IMG/VR virus record: IMGVR_UViG_3300048854_000058
Span: 1 to 28,150 of that record
Direction: 5' to 3' (one strand)
Source of the DNA: a virus
Lineage: Duplodnaviria; Caudoviricetes
Length of the DNA stretch: 28,150 nt
The translations under genes and the position numbers were made by a program. Below the pieces are notes generated by a model. That model did no database searches, was not told the origin of the DNA, and saw only the letters and a program-made list of their open reading frames with translations. Positions 25,118 to 28,150 of this stretch are shown here, piece after piece. The first letter of the stretch is position 1, and each line of letters starts with the position of its first letter.

Positions 25118-25529
25118 GCGGCGTGGGCGCCGGGAAGTACCGGAAGGACCGGTACGGCAGAGCCATCTGCCAGAACATGAAGCCGTATTCCGACTGAGTC
25201 CAGAAGGCTGCGTTCTTCGCTTGGACTGCGACGAGGGAGACGTTCACCGAGCCTTCACCGGCCGATGCGATCTGGCCGACGAGCGCCGCGTTATCGCCGT
25301 TCGAACCGGCAGCGCGGCCGAGCAGGAAAGCGATGTGCGCGGTGATGAGGTTAAGCATCGTCGCGCGCGTGGTGAGGTCTTGGACGATCGAACATGGCGA
25401 GTTGTTGAGGTACAACGTCGCCATGTTGAAATAGGACGTGAGCGTATCCGCCGGCACCGCCGCGAACGCCGGAAACTGCACGATGAACGCTGCAGGATCG
25501 AACGTGACGACGCCGGCGGGATCGCTCAT
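25104..25529 (-). CDS. Head-tail connector (DUF4054-like)
   Basis: F..QFPAF, TAHIA, ASAGEGSVNVS, QSEYG..FW. Confidence 0.8.
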   Translation of the reverse strand: MSDPAGVVTFDPAAFIVQFPAFAAVPADTLTSYFNMATLYLNNSPCSIVQDLTTRATMLNLITAHIAFLLGRAAGSNGDNAALVGQIASAGEGSVNVSLVAVQAKNAAFWTQSEYGFMFWQMALPYRSFRYFPAPTPHVCR

Positions 25530-25954
25530 TACTGACCTTCAACTTCTTTCAGAGTCGCGTTGTCCGTGGTTCCGTCTTTCGACTTGTCCTCCGGATGCGC
25601 CGACGGATCGTACGGCTCGAGGCCGGTCTTCTCGGTCTCGTTGTTGCGCGCCTGCGCCGTGCCGGACTTGTCGTCCTTCGCTGCAAAGATCAGCTCGTTC
25701 ACGTGCGCCGTCGACTTGCCGTGGTCCTTGACGATCTGTTCCCAGTCGTCGGCATCGACCATCGTCACACCGAAACCGAACACGGCGTCGCGACCCTGCA
25801 GACCGCTGACCTGAAGCGGCGAGCGCTCGTCACCGTACATGCCGACAAGGCGCACCCGGCGGCCGTCCGGCAGCGGGTACTGGATGCCGTTCGGGAGCTT
25901 GCAGTACACCTTGACGGGCTTGCTGACTTTCTTTTCCTGCGTGTCTTCCGGCAT
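25529..25954 (-). CDS. Hypothetical virion/morphogenesis protein
   Basis: CKLPNG..FGVTMVDADDW..KTGLEP; directly after the capsid gene. Confidence 0.75.
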   Translation of the reverse strand: MPEDTQEKKVSKPVKVYCKLPNGIQYPLPDGRRVRLVGMYGDERSPLQVSGLQGRDAVFGFGVTMVDADDWEQIVKDHGKSTAHVNELIFAAKDDKSGTAQARNNETEKTGLEPYDPSAHPEDKSKDGTTDNATLKEVEGQ

Positions 25955-25956
25955 GT

Positions 25957-26967
25957 TCAGACTCCGAGCATTTGAGCGATGAAGATGGGCCGATAGATAA
26001 TCGCGCCCCAGTTGTGGCCCGATTTCTTCTCGGAGTAGTACGACGAGTGGCGCACGACGCCGTGAGCACGCATCCGCTCGGCGTAGCCCAATTCGCCGGT
26101 CGGCTGGCCTTCGATCTCGACCGCGATCATCTGCACGAGATTGCCGCCCGTGGTCGCGAACTCCGGGATCGTGACGATCGTCATGTTCGGATAGGCCAGC
26201 TTCAGCCGGTCCTTCAGCACCTGACCGAAACTGTTCTGCTTCGTCAGGTTCTGCGACACGACGTTCGGAATACCGACCTTCACTTCGGTATCCGTGTCGA
26301 TCAGGCCATTGCCCTGCGCGATCAGATCAGCCCACAAGAGCACGAAGTCGGCGTAGATTTCGTCCGAGGTCTTCAGCGCCCAGGTATTGCCGCCGACGCC
26401 GGTCGTCGGCGCGACCGGAGCGATCAGCGCCGGATCATTCGTGAGGCCGTAGTTCTGCAGGCCCGTGACGCCGAACAGGTTGATCGAGTTTTCCTTCTTG
26501 CGAAGGATCAGCGCCGAAGCGATTTGCTGGCGCTGGGCATAGTCGAGGCGCGCCTTCGCGGCCTTCGCCATCTGCTTGTCGCCCCACTGCGTGTTCGTCT
26601 GGAAACCGTAGTTCTGACGTTGCGGGAACACAGCGTTGTGGCCGGCCTGGCCGTTCTCGCTGTAATCGCCATACGTCGCGGTTTCACCCGTCGATTCAGC
26701 AGCCATGAACGTCGCCGTGTCGGTCGCCCAGTCGCCCTTCTGCACTGCCGTGTAGAGCAGCTCCGACTTCATCGGCGAAACCAGAATCTCGATCACACGT
26801 GGATCGAAATAGTTGGTCAGCATGGCCGGGATGCCGTTGTTGGGCGCCGTGACCATCGGGCCCGCCGCGTCCATTGCCGCAACGAGCTTCGTGCGGGCGG
26901 GAGCGTCGAGCAGCTCGGCACCGTGCGGCAAGTGAATGCCGTATTGGGAAAGTTGATCGAGTCTCAT
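25957..26967 (-). CDS. Major capsid protein (DUF2184-like, 336 aa)
   Basis: Start MRLDQLSQYG at 26967 (ATGA overlap, GGAG RBS); KGDW, YGDYSE, NYGLTNDP, GAIIYRP. Confidence 0.88.
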   Translation of the reverse strand: MRLDQLSQYGIHLPHGAELLDAPARTKLVAAMDAAGPMVTAPNNGIPAMLTNYFDPRVIEILVSPMKSELLYTAVQKGDWATDTATFMAAESTGETATYGDYSENGQAGHNAVFPQRQNYGFQTNTQWGDKQMAKAAKARLDYAQRQQIASALILRKKENSINLFGVTGLQNYGLTNDPALIAPVAPTTGVGGNTWALKTSDEIYADFVLLWADLIAQGNGLIDTDTEVKVGIPNVVSQNLTKQNSFGQVLKDRLKLAYPNMTIVTIPEFATTGGNLVQMIAVEIEGQPTGELGYAERMRAHGVVRHSSYYSEKKSGHNWGAIIYRPIFIAQMLGV

Positions 26968-27437
26968 GCGAGTTCGCTCCAGGTCGAGATCTTGATGACG
27001 GCGTTCGCTGCGCCGCCGCGGGTGACAACGAATTTCGTCTCGATCGCGCCGGCGATCGTCGCACCGGCCGCGCCGAACTGCAGCGTGCCGTCGGCGAGCG
27101 TCGCGAACACCTTCTGGCCGAGCGTTGAGACATTGGCCGAAGATGCGAACCACTCGCCCTGCTCGGCAACCTGCACCGGGAAGCCGGCGGGCACCGCCAT
27201 GCTGACTTCCTGCAGGTAGTTCGGGATGATGCCGGTCTGGTCGCGCACAGCGAGACCGAGCGGCTTGCCGGAACCGGTGTTCTGCACCTGGTTGTCGGTG
27301 TCCGTGCCCGGCCACACGAAACGCGCGACGGTCACTGCCGTCTGTGCAAGGCGCGAGATGACCGAAATCGGATTCATCGACGCGCGGCTACCCGCGACGC
27401 CGACTTCGGGTTGCTGCTGTACGGAAGTCTGGAACAT
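26964..27437 (-). CDS. Head decoration/cement protein
   Basis: 157 aa between scaffold and capsid; GQKVFATLADG, ETKFVV. Confidence 0.75.
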   Translation of the reverse strand: MFQTSVQQQPEVGVAGSRASMNPISVISRLAQTAVTVARFVWPGTDTDNQVQNTGSGKPLGLAVRDQTGIIPNYLQEVSMAVPAGFPVQVAEQGEWFASSANVSTLGQKVFATLADGTLQFGAAGATIAGAIETKFVVTRGGAANAVIKISTWSELA

Positions 27438-27449
27438 GATCGGCCGTCC

Positions 27450-28148
27450 TTACGCGTGTTTGATGTTGGCCAGCGCCGGGAAGGCGGTGAGCAGTTCGCT
27501 CGCACCTTTCTCGTCATTCGCGCTGTGCACCGGCGTCTTCGACTGATTCGCGATCAGCACGTCGACGATGCCCGCATAGGCTTCGGGCTTGTGGTCTTCC
27601 GGCTTCATGCCGCCGACCTTGAGCGCATGCGAGAAAATCGCCTCGGCCGAGTCGAAGGCCATTGCATCGAGCTTGCCGGTGATCGGCGAGACCTTTTCCG
27701 CCGCGCGAAATCGGCCTTCAATCGATTCACGCGTGCTCTTCGCGGCGGCTTCGATCTTCGCGTCCATCGCGGCGGCGTTCTTGGCGGCTTCGGCGTTCTT
27801 CGCGGCCTCTGCGTTCTTCGCCACTTCGTCGTCGGCCGCAGCGGTCGAACCGCCTTCGAACTTCGCGAGCAGTTTCTTCAGCAGTTCGGCGATTTCGGGA
27901 TCGCCGGTCGGCTCGTCTTGCGTGGTCGTCGGCGTTTCGCCGAGCGCCTGCACTTCCTCGAGCGCGGTTTCGAGCGCCTCTTCGACCTTGTCGGTATCGA
28001 GCGATGCTTCATCCATCGCCACCAGCTTCGCGACGTGCACCTTCAGCGCCGTCTTCTGCTTGGGATTGAGTTTCACGGATTTTCCTTTAACAGGATGGTG
28101 GAGTTTGGAATCAGCGACCAGAACATCAGGACCGGCGCGACCCTCAAC
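27450..28148 (-). CDS. C-terminal part of a prohead protease/scaffold gene (DUF2213-like), 5'-truncated; internal scaffold start at 28076
   Basis: Frame is open to the window edge: VEGRAGPDVLVADS continues in frame into the acidic helical scaffold region; AAAGGA RBS before GTG 28076. Confidence 0.8.
   Translation of the reverse strand, partial: VEGRAGPDVLVADSKLHHPVKGKSVKLNPKQKTALKVHVAKLVAMDEASLDTDKVEEALETALEEVQALGETPTTTQDEPTGDPEIAELLKKLLAKFEGGSTAAADDEVAKNAEAAKNAEAAKNAAAMDAKIEAAAKSTRESIEGRFRAAEKVSPITGKLDAMAFDSAEAIFSHALKVGGMKPEDHKPEAYAGIVDVLIANQSKTPVHSANDEKGASELLTAFPALANIKHA
27771..27824 (-). repeat. Three degenerate 18-bp tandem repeats encoding AKNAEA/AKNAEA/AKNAAA
   Basis: Seen directly in the scaffold coding sequence. 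Confidence 0.8.
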
Positions 28149-28150
28149 GA

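Larger units (their letters stand above)
1..28150. mobile_element. Temperate myovirus-type phage genome segment (early genes, xis-int, attP, lysis, accessory cassette, tail and head genes)
   Basis: Continuous phage gene content with tyrosine integrase, lysis cassette, sheath, baseplate and capsid; no host housekeeping gene visible. Confidence 0.97.

Noticed and set aside
25957-27315. 452-aa capsid ORF
   Set aside because: The upstream extension overlaps the decoration gene; ATG 26967 has an RBS and an ATGA overlap.

Overview
The whole window is a temperate, contractile-tailed (myovirus-type) phage. High GC and gene content point to a Burkholderiales-type host, which is an inference. Left arm (+ strand, 1-8346): an early/accessory operon with a PD-(D/E)XK-like nuclease, a C5 DNA methyltransferase with a repeated variable region, an HNH protein, several small Cys/His proteins and an ASCH-like protein, ending in xis-int. 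Next is a non-coding attP-like site (about 8291-8526) with paired arm-type repeats and an IHF consensus. Phage genes lie on both sides of it, so the sequence looks like the excised, circular or virion form. Right arm (- strand): prohead protease/scaffold, decoration protein, major capsid, neck, sheath, tube, a frameshifted tail chaperone, tape measure with lysozyme domain, baseplate, tail fibre and the lysis cassette. Between tail and lysis genes sits an oppositely oriented, lower-GC accessory cassette (about 10700-13071). It has a sigma70 promoter with a palindromic operator, a small HTH regulator, and two predicted lipoproteins (an SGNH esterase and a beta-propeller glycosidase-like protein) that share a homologous leader. 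This cassette is the best candidate for an undescribed system. No rRNA, tRNA, CRISPR array or reverse transcriptase was seen. All family names come from motif recognition, not database searches.
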